Source: an uncultured Gemmatimonadaceae bacterium (lineage in GTDB: Bacteria > Gemmatimonadota > Gemmatimonadetes > Gemmatimonadales > Gemmatimonadaceae). From it: a stretch of 64,000 nucleotides of DNA. How positions within the stretch are numbered: the stretch's first letter is position 1; each line of letters begins with the position of its first letter. Below the pieces are notes generated by a model. That model was given only the letters and a program-made list of their open reading frames with translations, searched no databases and was not told the DNA's origin. The stretch lies in NCBI GenBank assembly GCA_963822945.1, contig CAWGJO010000004.1:96001-160000 (forward strand), in the 5' to 3' direction. The translations under genes and the position numbers were made by a program. Below are positions 23,255 through 33,317 of the stretch, piece by piece.

Positions 23255-23682
23255 GACACCTCCACCGGAGTCAACGAGCGATGACCAGCCATGCGGACGC
23301 GGCCCCACGCGGAGCGCGCCCGGCATCCAACGCGCAACATCGTCGGTTCGACACCATGAGCGGCCCGACCGTTGCCCGCGACCGCCCAATTATCCCGTGC
23401 GTCGGCCGAACACGGCCCAGCCGGGGTCGAAACCGCGCCAATATGAGGACCCATCCGCGCGGGCGCATCGGGATTAATGAACTCGTAACGAAGAGTTCCT
23501 GAAGTGCTAATGTTGCGGCGAGACGCGCGTGCCCGGGCCCGGCCAGCCGGGCCCGGGCGGCCCGGCCGGCCATCGGGGCACGGACGGAGGGGGTGTGGCG
23601 GGCCTCGCCAGGCCGCGGCGCCGCCGAACTTGAAGTTTGGTGCCGCCGGTGGGAGCTTTCCCGGCAGTTCTTCCCACTACGG

Positions 23683-24660
23683 ATGACATTCCAGATGCAA
23701 GCATTCGGGTTACCCCGCCGTCTGGCGGGTGCGTTCACGGTTCTGCTGGTCGCGGTTGGGCCGGCGGCGTGCGGCCGCGGCGCCGAGCAGGGCGCGGCCA
23801 AGACCACCAAGACCATCGGCGTCTCGCTGCTCACCCGCGAGGACGAGTTCTATCGCCAGCTCGAGGCGGGACTGCGGCAGGCGGCCAAGGCGCATGGCTA
23901 CGCGCTGGTGCTCAACTCCGGCGATCGCGACCTCGCCAAGCAGCAGTCGCAGATCGACGACTTCATCGTGCAACACGTGGACGCCATCGTCGTCTGTCCG
24001 GTGGACTCCAAGGGCATCGGGCCCGCCATCCAGCGGGCGAATGCGGCCAAAATCCCCGTGTTCACCGCCGATATCGGAGCCGACGGCGGGCAGGTGGTGT
24101 CGCACGTCGCGTCCGACAACGTGGCGGGGGGAAAGCTGGCCGCCGAGTACATCGCCAAGGCGATCGGCGGCAAGGGTGACGTGGGCCTGATCGGCGAACC
24201 GGACGTGCAGTCGACCATCGACCGCGAAGCCGGATTCAAGGAGGCCCTGAAGGCCTACCCGAACATCCACCTCGTGGCCAACCTCAACGGCTACGGGACG
24301 CGCGACCATGCGCTCAAGGCGGCCGACGACATGCTGCAGGCGCACCCGAAGCTCAACGCGATCTTCGCCATCAACGACGAGTCCGCGCTCGGTGCGCTCT
24401 CCAGCGCCCAGTCCCACCACGACGCCCGGTTGGTGATCGTGGGCTACGACGCCGGCGCCGAGGCGCGGAAGGCGATCGCCGGGGGGACGCCGCTTCGCGC
24501 GGACGTGGCGCAGCAGCCGATGAAGATCGGCGAGGAGACGATCAACGCCATTGCCGACTACCTGGCGGGCAAGACGCCGCCGGCGCGCATCGCCGTGCCG
24601 GTGCGCATCGTCGACGCCGACTCGGTGAAGGCGATGACGGCGGTGGCGTCCGGCAAGTAG
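23683..24660 (+). CDS. rbsB: Ribose-type sugar ABC transporter substrate-binding lipoprotein (start may be 23695)
   Basis: Lipobox PAAC, KIPVFTAD, VASDNVAGG, IFAINDESALGA, VGYD, AQQP; the substrate is inferred from family only. Confidence 0.85.
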   Translation: MTFQMQAFGLPRRLAGAFTVLLVAVGPAACGRGAEQGAAKTTKTIGVSLLTREDEFYRQLEAGLRQAAKAHGYALVLNSGDRDLAKQQSQIDDFIVQHVDAIVVCPVDSKGIGPAIQRANAAKIPVFTADIGADGGQVVSHVASDNVAGGKLAAEYIAKAIGGKGDVGLIGEPDVQSTIDREAGFKEALKAYPNIHLVANLNGYGTRDHALKAADDMLQAHPKLNAIFAINDESALGALSSAQSHHDARLVIVGYDAGAEARKAIAGGTPLRADVAQQPMKIGEETINAIADYLAGKTPPARIAVPVRIVDADSVKAMTAVASGK

Positions 24661-24664
24661 CCGC

Positions 24665-26152
24665 GTGGAACTCGCCGCCGACGCGTTGGTCAAACGGTAT
24701 CCCGGGGTGCTCGCGCTGGACGGCGTGAGCATCGTCGTGCGCGGCGGTGAGGTCCACGCCGTGGCGGGGGAGAACGGGGCCGGCAAATCCACCCTGATGA
24801 AGATCCTCTCCGGCGCCGTGCGGCCCGACGCCGGCACGCTGACCGTCGACGGCCAGCTGGTCCGCTTCGAGACCCCGCACGACGCGCATGCCGCCGGGAT
24901 CCGGATGATCCATCAGGAGTTGAGTCTCGTGCCGGAGCTGTCGGTGGCCGAGAACATCTTCCTGGGCGCCGAGCCGCGACATCGCGGAATCGTGGACCGC
25001 GACCGGCAGACGCGCGACGCGCGCGCGGTGCTCGACCGCCTGGGGCAAACGCAGCTCGACCCGGGCGCGCGGGTGGCGGATCTGCCGCTGGCGGCGCGCC
25101 AGATGACCGAGATCGCCAAGGCGGTCGCGGCCCGGGCCCGGGTGCTGATCATGGACGAGCCCACCGCCATCCTGGCGCAGGCCGAGACCGACGTGCTGTT
25201 CCGCGTCATCGAGCAGCTCCGCGACGAGGGCGTGGCGGTGGTGTACATCTCGCACCGGCTGGACGAGATCTTCCGTGTGGCAAACCGCGTCACCGTGCTT
25301 CGCGACGGACAGCGGGTGACGACGGCGCCGGTGTCCGAACTTTCGCGTGGCGAGATCGTACGGCTGATGGTGGGGCGCGAACTCGCCACCGGCTATCCGG
25401 CCCGAACCGCGGAACCGGGGGCCGAGATGCTGCGACTGGAAGGCGTCAGCGCGGGGCCGGTTCACGACGCGTCGCTCGTGCTGCGCCGCGGTGAGATCGT
25501 TGGGCTGGTGGGGCTCATCGGCGCCGGGCGTACCGAGCTGGCACAGGCCATTTTCGGCGCGACGCCGATGCGAGCAGGGCAGATGCTGCTGGAGGGCGCG
25601 CCGTTCCGGCCGCGGTCGCCGCGCGAGGCCATCGACGCCGGCGTGGCGCTCCTGCCGGAAGACCGCAAGCGGCAGGGACTCGTGCTCATGGGCGCCATCC
25701 GCGAGAACGTTTCGCTGCCGTCCCTCCCGACGCTGGCGCCCCGGGGCGTGGTGGACCGGGCCCGCGAGCGCGCCGGCGTCGAGAAGTGGATCGAGGCGCT
25801 GGGCATTCGCACGCCGTCGCTCGATCGGCCCGCGCAGCAGCTCTCGGGAGGCAATCAGCAGAAGGTGGTGCTGGCCCGCTGGATGCTGCGCCACTCCCGC
25901 GTGTTGCTGTTCGACGAACCCACGCGGGGCATCGACGTGGGCGCCAAAGCCGAGATCTACGCGCTCATGCGGCGGCTGGCCGAGGACGGCGCGGCGATTC
26001 TCATGATATCCTCCGACCTTCCCGAGGCACTCGGCATGGCCGACCGGCTGATCGCGATGCGCAACGGACGCATCGTGGGGCAACTGACGCGCGACGAGGC
26101 GACGCAGGACCGCGTCGCGACGCTCATCCTCGGCGAGAGCGCGGCGGCATGA
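24665..26152 (+). CDS. rbsA: Sugar ABC transporter ATP-binding protein (two NBDs)
   Basis: GENGAGKST, MDEPT, YISHRL, PEDRK, LSGGNQQK, DEPTRGIDVGAK. Confidence 0.92.
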   Translation: MELAADALVKRYPGVLALDGVSIVVRGGEVHAVAGENGAGKSTLMKILSGAVRPDAGTLTVDGQLVRFETPHDAHAAGIRMIHQELSLVPELSVAENIFLGAEPRHRGIVDRDRQTRDARAVLDRLGQTQLDPGARVADLPLAARQMTEIAKAVAARARVLIMDEPTAILAQAETDVLFRVIEQLRDEGVAVVYISHRLDEIFRVANRVTVLRDGQRVTTAPVSELSRGEIVRLMVGRELATGYPARTAEPGAEMLRLEGVSAGPVHDASLVLRRGEIVGLVGLIGAGRTELAQAIFGATPMRAGQMLLEGAPFRPRSPREAIDAGVALLPEDRKRQGLVLMGAIRENVSLPSLPTLAPRGVVDRARERAGVEKWIEALGIRTPSLDRPAQQLSGGNQQKVVLARWMLRHSRVLLFDEPTRGIDVGAKAEIYALMRRLAEDGAAILMISSDLPEALGMADRLIAMRNGRIVGQLTRDEATQDRVATLILGESAAA

Positions 26153-27105
26153 CCTCCTCGCCGGCGCGGTGGCAGCGCATTGCCGACTACATGCTCGTGG
26201 TGGCGACGGTGGTGGAGGCGGCGGTGTTCGCCGGCATCGCTCCCGGGTTCTTCTCGCTCGCCAACGCGGTGAACGTGCTGCTGAGCGTGGCCGTCACGGG
26301 CATCCTCGCCGTCGGCATGACGGCGGTGATCCTCACGGCGGGCATCGATCTGTCGGTGGGATCGGTGGTGGCGCTCACCGGCGTCACCGGCGCGATGGCC
26401 GCGTCGCACGGCTTCATGCCGGCCACGATGGCGCTCATCGTCGCCGTGCTCGTCGGGACGGCCACCGGCGTGGTGAACGGGACGCTGACCGCCTATCTGC
26501 AGGTGCCGGCGTTCGTGTCGACGCTGGCCATGCTCACCATCGCGCGGGGGCTGGCCTTCATCGTGTCCGGCGGGCGCAGCATCGGCGACCTGCCGTCGTC
26601 GTTCGGCGCGCTGGGACGGTCGGTGCTGCTCGGCATTCCGGCGCCGGTGCTCGTGATGGCGGCGGTGATGCTGGTGGGCGCGTTCGTGCTCCGCCGCACC
26701 GTGTTCGGCCGCCACATCTACGCCATCGGCGGCAACACCGAGGCGGCGTGGCTGGCCGGCGTGAACACCAAGCGGGTGATCTGGTGGGTGTACGTGCTCA
26801 ACGGCGCGCTGGCGGGCATCGGCGGGCTGACGCTGGCCTCGCGACTCGGCGCGGGCGTGCCGAACGCGGGGCAACAGTACGAATTGGACGTGATCGCGGC
26901 GGTGGTCGTGGGCGGCGCCTCTCTGTTCGGCGGCCGCGGGACGATAGCCGGCACGCTCTGGGGTACGGTGTTCATCGGCGTGCTGACCAATGGGCTCAAT
27001 CTGGCGAACGTCGATCCCTACGTGCAGAAGATCGCGCTGGGCGTGGTGATCGTGTTGGCGGTGATCGGCGACGAGATCAGCCGCCGGAAGCGCGCGACGG
27101 GGTAG
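26149..27105 (+). CDS. rbsC: Sugar ABC transporter permease
   Basis: GIDLSVGS, FGRHIYAIGGN, YELDVIAAVVVGG; ATGA overlap with rbsA. Confidence 0.92.
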   Translation: MTSSPARWQRIADYMLVVATVVEAAVFAGIAPGFFSLANAVNVLLSVAVTGILAVGMTAVILTAGIDLSVGSVVALTGVTGAMAASHGFMPATMALIVAVLVGTATGVVNGTLTAYLQVPAFVSTLAMLTIARGLAFIVSGGRSIGDLPSSFGALGRSVLLGIPAPVLVMAAVMLVGAFVLRRTVFGRHIYAIGGNTEAAWLAGVNTKRVIWWVYVLNGALAGIGGLTLASRLGAGVPNAGQQYELDVIAAVVVGGASLFGGRGTIAGTLWGTVFIGVLTNGLNLANVDPYVQKIALGVVIVLAVIGDEISRRKRATG

Positions 27106-27118
27106 GGCAGACGCCCGG

Positions 27119-28360
27119 CTAGCGAACCGGCGTCGGTGCCGGCGGGCGATAGTCCACGGCCGCATTCACGATGTTGATGGGACCGAGCGTGGCCAGGTCG
27201 GCGACGATCTTCCACGCCCCCGCCACGCGCCGAAGGTGGAGTTCCGGCCGGTACATGTTGGCGGCGAAGTACGTCACGCCAGCGTCGTCCACGCGATAGA
27301 TGACGTGGGCCAGATCGGCCCCTTCGCGCACGTCCCCGAGCACGGTGAAGTTGGTTCGACCGGTGCCTCGTGCGTATGCGGCTTCGAGCGTGCGGGCCGC
27401 GAACGCCATGGGGCTCAGTCGCGCCAGCTCGCCGATCGTGGTGGCGCCGCCCTGGGTTACCACCGGCACGGTGTCGTACTTGGCGAGATCGGCCGTGTCG
27501 GCGTCGGAACTCCATCCGATCGCGGCCGACTGACCCGGCCGCCGGTTCGCCGCCGTGGGTGCCCCTGCCTTGGCCCATCCCAGAAGATTCCGGATGCCGT
27601 GATCCCGGGAGGCGCGCAGCGTCGTCGAGTCGAAGAGGGCCACGGCCGCGGTCCAATTCTCGTCGCCGATCGCCCGGAAGAACGCCCGCGCGACGTCATC
27701 GGGAGTCTCGGCCGGCTCCGGGCTCGTCGTGTCCGCGTCGACCCGGCCCACGTGGCAGTCGCGCATCGCCTCGCGCGCGTGCCGGGCCGGCCGGTCCAGC
27801 AGCGGAAGATCGGCCACGGCCCGGGTCGAGACGTTGAGCGTCTGCAGGCTGCGGCCGCCACCGCGTTTCATCAGCAGTCCGGGATCGACGACGTAGTCGA
27901 GCGAGATGAGGGTGGAGCGCTCGGCGGCGGCGTGTGCGCGCAACGCGCTGTCGAGCGCGACGCGGGTCATGCCGGCGGGTGCGTGAAACCGGAACACCCC
28001 ATGGGTTTCGGACGATCGCACCAGGTGACCCGCGGAGTCGAGCGTCACCGTGACCGCGACCTCCGGGGCATCGCGGGACGGGTAGTCCACGGTCTCGATT
28101 ACGGCGCCGCTCGGCGTGGTGCGCACGGGCCGGCACTCGAACCGGTCGTAGTGCCAGGGCGCGACGGCGAAGTCAGCGACGGTTGCCGCGGCCGCGCGCG
28201 GGTTCACCGGTACGAAGACGTCCCGTGTCACGGCGGCCTCCCCAGCGGAGGCGGGAGCGGGTGTCGGGGCAGGGGTGGAACGTGGGGCACACCCGGCGGC
28301 TGTCGTGACCAGGGTGAGCGCGGCGAGCCGTCGCAACGGGGAGCGGAGGGCGGGGGGCAT
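27119..28360 (-). CDS. Hypothetical lipoprotein with NTF2-like C-terminal region
   Basis: Lipobox AAGC and Pro-rich linker; PDDVARAFFRAI...WTAAVALFD and LRRVAGAWKIV patterns. Confidence 0.6.
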   Translation of the reverse strand: MPPALRSPLRRLAALTLVTTAAGCAPRSTPAPTPAPASAGEAAVTRDVFVPVNPRAAAATVADFAVAPWHYDRFECRPVRTTPSGAVIETVDYPSRDAPEVAVTVTLDSAGHLVRSSETHGVFRFHAPAGMTRVALDSALRAHAAAERSTLISLDYVVDPGLLMKRGGGRSLQTLNVSTRAVADLPLLDRPARHAREAMRDCHVGRVDADTTSPEPAETPDDVARAFFRAIGDENWTAAVALFDSTTLRASRDHGIRNLLGWAKAGAPTAANRRPGQSAAIGWSSDADTADLAKYDTVPVVTQGGATTIGELARLSPMAFAARTLEAAYARGTGRTNFTVLGDVREGADLAHVIYRVDDAGVTYFAANMYRPELHLRRVAGAWKIVADLATLGPINIVNAAVDYRPPAPTPVR

Positions 28361-28473
28361 ACTGACCTTCAGGGATATGGGCGTTGGTGAACGGACCACG
28401 CCGGCCGGCGACAGTCGACCGGCGCCCCCTAAGTTGCACCACCACCTCCCACCGCGCCAGACCAGAACTCGTA

Positions 28474-28677
28474 TTACGGAGCGGTGCCGCGACTCGGGCG
28501 CATCACACGACGCGCCAGCCAGACCAGGAGCGCGATGGGCAGCGCGATGAAGATCAGGAACTTGAGGGCGACGATCGTGAACAGTCCCACGGCGATGAGC
28601 ACGATCACGGGAATGCCGAGGATCGCCATGGTCAGAAAGGGGCGCAGCGCGAAGAGACGAACGAGAGCGGCAATCAT
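28474..28677 (-). CDS. Small membrane protein (67 aa)
   Basis: Two hydrophobic helices and a basic tail; GGAG upstream; fits an otherwise empty gap. Confidence 0.6.
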   Translation of the reverse strand: MIAALVRLFALRPFLTMAILGIPVIVLIAVGLFTIVALKFLIFIALPIALLVWLARRVMRPSRGTAP

Positions 28678-28777
28678 GGGGCACGACTCCGGGCAGGAGG
28701 TATGGCTACCCTACGAGTACACCGGCGTCCGGAGTTTCGCCATCCGACGGATCACGGGGGCGGGTTCCGCCGCTGGG

Positions 28778-29335
28778 TCAGGGGGTCTCGATCTGCACCC
28801 GGCCCTCGACCACGGCCGTCCATCCCGTGGGTCGATGCACGAGTTTGTAGATGCGCTCGAACCGGAGCGGGCCCACGCCGACGCTGGTCGGTGTCGAGTA
28901 GCGTTGCACGTACAGATTCACGCTCGCCGTATCGCCCGGCATCTGGAACACCTCCGAGAACCGGACCACGTAGCCCGCCATCGGGGCGTTGCAGTGGGCC
29001 AGCTTGCCTCCCTGGCTGGTGGGCTCGCAGGTGCCCTGTACGATGTGGCTCTCGAGGAGGCTGTTCCGCAGCCCGCTGGTCATCCTCTCGGTGCCCGCGC
29101 CGTAGCCGCCCGTCCGCGGGAGCAGCCTGGGGTCCAGCAGGAGGTAGAGCGACGGGTCTCCCACCTGGAAGGCGCCGCCCACGGCCTCCTGATAGATCGC
29201 GACCCGGTCGCGGAGCGGCAGGTCGGCCACCTTCAGGCCGTGGCCCCGGACGTACGATTCCGCGGGGTTGGGCGCGCAGCCCACCGTCGCCAGGGCAACG
29301 AAGACGAGAGTCCAGGTGCGGCGTGATGAGATCAT
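28778..29335 (-). CDS. Hypothetical lipoprotein
   Basis: MISSRR...ATVGC lipobox; globular-looking sequence with a Cys pair. Confidence 0.6.
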   Translation of the reverse strand: MISSRRTWTLVFVALATVGCAPNPAESYVRGHGLKVADLPLRDRVAIYQEAVGGAFQVGDPSLYLLLDPRLLPRTGGYGAGTERMTSGLRNSLLESHIVQGTCEPTSQGGKLAHCNAPMAGYVVRFSEVFQMPGDTASVNLYVQRYSTPTSVGVGPLRFERIYKLVHRPTGWTAVVEGRVQIETP

Positions 29336-29464
29336 CGGGGATCGGGATTGGGAGGCAAGACGACCGGAAACCGGTCGTCGGAACCGAGTCGGTGACCGAC
29401 GTCCGCGGCGTGGAGCGTACCGGGTACCGAAATGTAACGCGCTCGATCCGTCATCGGATGCGAG

Positions 29465-29503
29465 CAACGCCGCCCGGCCCCGCATCGGGGCCGGGCGGCG
29501 TTG
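29465..29503 (-). terminator. Hairpin downstream of the cupredoxin gene
   Basis: Perfect 18-bp inverted repeat CAACGCCGCCCGGCCCCG/CGGGGCCGGGCGGCGTTG. Confidence 0.6.
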
Positions 29504-29528
29504 TCGGAGCCGATGCATAGCCGCCGGG

Positions 29529-30381
29529 TCAGTCGACCTTGGAATTCAGCATCATGCCGTGCATGAAGTGCGGCTTGCCGTCCTTGGCGTCCGGGATGAA
29601 GCACATCGTGACGTAATTCCCGGCGCTGAAATCGGCCGAGAAGTACGCGGTCCGGCCCGGCGCTTCGGGAGCGATGCCGCCGACGGCGTGGGCGGGCGGG
29701 GGCCCGGCCGGCTTCACCATCCATTTCGCGAAATCTTCCGCCGTCTTGCCGGAGTCGAGCTTGATGATCTCGAGCTCGTGCATCTGCGGCCCGTTGTTCG
29801 TGACGGCAAACACGTGGTGACCGGCCGTGATGGGCGTGGAGTACGTGAACGAATAGTCCGCCAGCGCGACGTCGACATCCGCTTTGGGCGCGACGCGACG
29901 TATCCGCGGCAGCGCCGCTGCTCGCCACCGCCGTGAACGCATGCATCATGCCCTTCATGAAGTGCGGTACGCCGCCAGGGACGTCCACCATGCAGAGAAT
30001 CGCATAATTGCCGGGCGTGAGGTTCAGCGTGGCGTTCGTGCTGTTGCCCGGGTCGGGCGCGTTGGGGCCTCCGATCGCGACGGCCCAGGCGGGCGGCGGA
30101 CCGGGGTTTTTGAGGGCCGCCGCGAGGTCGCTCATCGTCTTGCCGCTGTCGAGGCGGAAGATCGTCGCGTGATGGAAGCTCGGCCCGTCGTTGATCAGGG
30201 TGAAGGTGACGAAGCCGGAGGGCACCGTGTCGGGCGCCACGTAGGCGAAGTCCTTGGCATGGATGGTGACGGCTGCGGGTGCGGCAGGCTGCGCAGGGGA
30301 TGCCGGTTTCTCGTGGCTGCTGCAGGCGGCGAGGGCGGCGAGTGCGCCAACGACCGCCACGTACGTGATGCGGGCACGCAT
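29529..30381 (-). CDS. Tandem two-domain cupredoxin-like lipoprotein; frameshift in the linker at about 29905
   Basis: Lipobox LAAC; two repeats, each with H...C-x(9-10)-H-x4-M (CMVDVPGGVPHFMKGM; CFIPDAKDGKPHFMHGM). Confidence 0.8.
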
Positions 30382-30589
30382 GGGGCTGGCCTCAATTGTG
30401 GAGGTGATGAAGGGGAGTGGGACTTCGCGCGGTACGATGCGCCGCCAGGGTTGCGGCGTCAATGCCGACGGCGAGAATCCCCATTGGAGGAGCGGACGCT
30501 AAGAGAGTGCGAGGGAAGCCGCGTGCTCTCGACGCAGTCGCTCGTGGATGGTAGTTTGGCGCGTCACCCACCTGATGGATCCCGAACCC

Positions 30590-32219
30590 ATGTATCGATT
30601 CGTGCGGTCTGCCCCGATGCTCGCGGCAGGCGCAGCGCTGGTTGCGTTCGCCGGTCCCCTTCGCGCCCAGCGCGAGCCCGTCGACACCGCGATGATCGCG
30701 AAGATCCGCGACGTCGGCCTGCACCACTCGCAGGTCATGGACCACATGATCTGGTTGGCCGACATCTACGGGCCGCGCCTCGAGGGCAGCCCGGCCACGG
30801 AGAAGGCCGGGCAGTGGGCGATGAAGACGCTCGAATCGTGGGGTCTCCAGAACGTGCACGAGGAGCGCTTCCCCTTCGGCAAGGGGTGGGAACTGCAGCA
30901 CTTCTACGCCGAGATGGTCGCGCCGCAGGAGCAGCCGATCATCGCCATGCCCAAAGCATGGACGCCCGGCACCAATGGGCCCGTGGAAGCCGAGGTCGTG
31001 CGTCCCGACATCCAGAGCGCGGCCGACTTCGCGAAGTACCACGGCACGCTGCGCGGCAAGATCGTGCTCACCCAGCCGGCGCGCATGGTGCGCATGCTCA
31101 CGGGCAAGATCATCCTCACGTACACGCCGAAAATGATCGATGAGATGATGACGCCACTGCCGCCGGGCTGGAAGCCGCCGGCGCGCCGCCCGACCGCGGC
31201 GCAGGCGTTCCGGCGTCGGCTGTTGAAGTTCTACCAGGACGAGGGCGTGGTGGCACTGCTCGACCGGGGCATGGATGCCGACACGGTCACCGGCGGAAGC
31301 GACCTGACGTGGTACGCGCAGCACACCGACGGCGGCACGTTCATGGTGCATGGCGGGCGGTCCGCACGACGCAACGGCCGGCAGCGGTCTGCCCGAGATC
31401 ACGCTCGCGGTGGAGCACTACAACCGCATGGTGCGCATCCTCGCCAAGGGGGTCCCGGTGAAGATGCGCCTCGACGTGGAAACGAAGTTCTTCGACGAGA
31501 CCACGCCGCGCGGCTTCAACATCATCGGCGACATCCCGGGCACCGATCCCGAACTGAAAGATCAGATCGTGATGATCGGCGCCCATTTCGATTCGTGGCA
31601 CGGGGGTACCGGCGCCACCGACAACGGCGCGGGCGACGCCGCGATGATGGAAGCCATGCGGATCCTCGAGCAGGTCGGAGCCAAGCCACGCCGCACCATC
31701 CGCATCGCGCTGTGGGGCGGGGAGGAGGAAGGACTGCTCGGCTCCAAAGCCTACGCTCGCGCGCACATCGGCGATGTGGCGACCGGCACGCGCAAGCCCG
31801 GTTTCCAGACCTTCGACGCGTACTACAACCTCGACAACGGGAGCGGGAAGATCCGCGGCATCTGGATGGAGAACAATCCGCGTGTGGCGCCGATCTTCAA
31901 GGCATTCCTCGCGCCATTCAGGGACCTGGGCGTCGACTTGTTCAGCCCCCGTCCGGTACGCTCCACCGATCACCAGACCTTCTCCGAGGGCTTCGGCCTT
32001 CCCTCGTTCCAATTCGTACAGGAACGGTTGGAATACGCGGCGCGCACGCACCACACCAACATGGACGTCGTGGATCGCGTGCAGCCGGATCAGTTGAAAC
32101 AGGCGGCGACCGTGGTCGCGGCGCTGGCGTATCTCACTGCGCAGCGGGATTCGATGCTGCCGCGGCGGCCGCTCCCGGCCGCCGTGGGAACTCGTCCGGG
32201 GGCTACGGGGTCCAAGTAG
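30590..32219 (+). CDS. M28-family metallopeptidase (PA-domain type); frameshift at about 31360
   Basis: Signal peptide, YGPRLEGS, IGAHFDSW, GATDNGAG, WGGEEEGLLGS, NLDNG, STDH, THHTNMD. Confidence 0.9.
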
Positions 32220-32270
32220 CGGCTCGTGCGGCCCGGGTGCCGCACCATCACCTTATCCAGTGGCGCGGAG

Positions 32271-33185
32271 ATGCAAACGATGACGTTCGGGCGCGGGCGG
32301 TACCTATGCGGGTTCGCGTGGTGCGCCGTGGCGCTGGCCGGACTGACGATGGTCGGCCCGCTCCCCCTGATGGCACAGTCGCCCGCGTCGCGCGTGTCCC
32401 CGGCTCCCGTGCTGCAGGCCGACTCGGCGTCGGCTGTCTCGTCCGCATCGGCCATTGCCCACCCGCTCTTTTCCCGGCGCGATGCGTGGGTGGCCGTCGG
32501 CTTCACCGCCGCCACCGTGGCCGCGCTCCCGCTGGATCAGATGGTGGCGCACAATCTTCAACTCCCGCAGAACCAGAAGGAGCCTGGGCTCGTGCGCGCC
32601 TCGACGGTGTTTCGCGACCTGGCCGATCCGGGCACCGTGTACATCGGCAGCGGCATGTATCTGGCGGGTCGCCTGTTCGGGAATACGACGCTCACCGACA
32701 TGGGGCTGCACGCGAGCGAGGCGCTCGTGGTGGCCTCGGCCGCCGGGTTCCTGCTGAAGGGGGCCGTGGGGCGCCCGCTGCCGCGGCAGGCGAACGCCGA
32801 CGCCGACAGCTATCGGTTCGGCCGCGGCATCCGGGTGGATGGCAACTGGCAGGCGTTCCCGTCGGGCCATACGCTGGCGGCATTCTCGATTGCGTCGGCC
32901 GTGACCGCCGAGGCGTACGACCGCTGGCCGGCGCACGCGCGCCTGATCGGGGTGCTCACGTACGGCGCCGCCACCGCGTCGGGGGTCTCGCGGCTCTACA
33001 ACAATGCGCACTGGGTGAGCGACATCATCTTCGGCGCCGGGATCGGCATCTTTTCCGGCATCAAGACCGTGCAGTACGAACATGCACACCCGAACGACTG
33101 GCTGAACCGTGTGCTGGGGCATGCCTCGATCGCGCCGAACCCGGGCGGCGGCGCCACGGTCGGCTTCAGCTTCCAGCACATCTGA
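32271..33185 (+). CDS. PAP2-family phosphatase
   Basis: KGAVGRPLP, FPSGH and SRLYNNAHWVSD (the three PAP2 motifs); start uncertain. Confidence 0.88.
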   Translation: MQTMTFGRGRYLCGFAWCAVALAGLTMVGPLPLMAQSPASRVSPAPVLQADSASAVSSASAIAHPLFSRRDAWVAVGFTAATVAALPLDQMVAHNLQLPQNQKEPGLVRASTVFRDLADPGTVYIGSGMYLAGRLFGNTTLTDMGLHASEALVVASAAGFLLKGAVGRPLPRQANADADSYRFGRGIRVDGNWQAFPSGHTLAAFSIASAVTAEAYDRWPAHARLIGVLTYGAATASGVSRLYNNAHWVSDIIFGAGIGIFSGIKTVQYEHAHPNDWLNRVLGHASIAPNPGGGATVGFSFQHI

Positions 33186-33191
33186 CGAGGG

Positions 33192-33281
33192 TGTGAGCCG
33201 TCTCACCGTCTCGGCGCAGGCGGACGGTGAGCCCGGTCACTGATCGGCGTCACAGCGAAAAGCCCCGCTCCGGGATAGACT
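33192..33281 (+). promoter_or_regulatory. Three CRP-like boxes and a putative -10 element upstream of the ZU5/HD-GYP operon
   Basis: TGTGA-N6-TCACC (33192-33207), GGTGA-N6-TCACT (33226-33241), ACTGA-N6-TCACA (33239-33254), TAGACT (33276-33281). Confidence 0.55.
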
Positions 33282-33317
33282 GAACGCCGTTCCGACAACC
33301 CTTCCGGAGTGGTGCCG

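Noticed and set aside
19127..23389. 1420-aa ORF suggesting a giant fusion
   Set aside because: Patchwork of in-frame and out-of-frame pieces of three frameshifted genes
30548..33196. 882-aa ORF; likewise the extended N-termini of 41249..44176, 25786..27105 and 54978..56624
   Set aside because: Frameshift read-through or upstream extension over neighbouring genes; real starts were set from signal peptides and RBS
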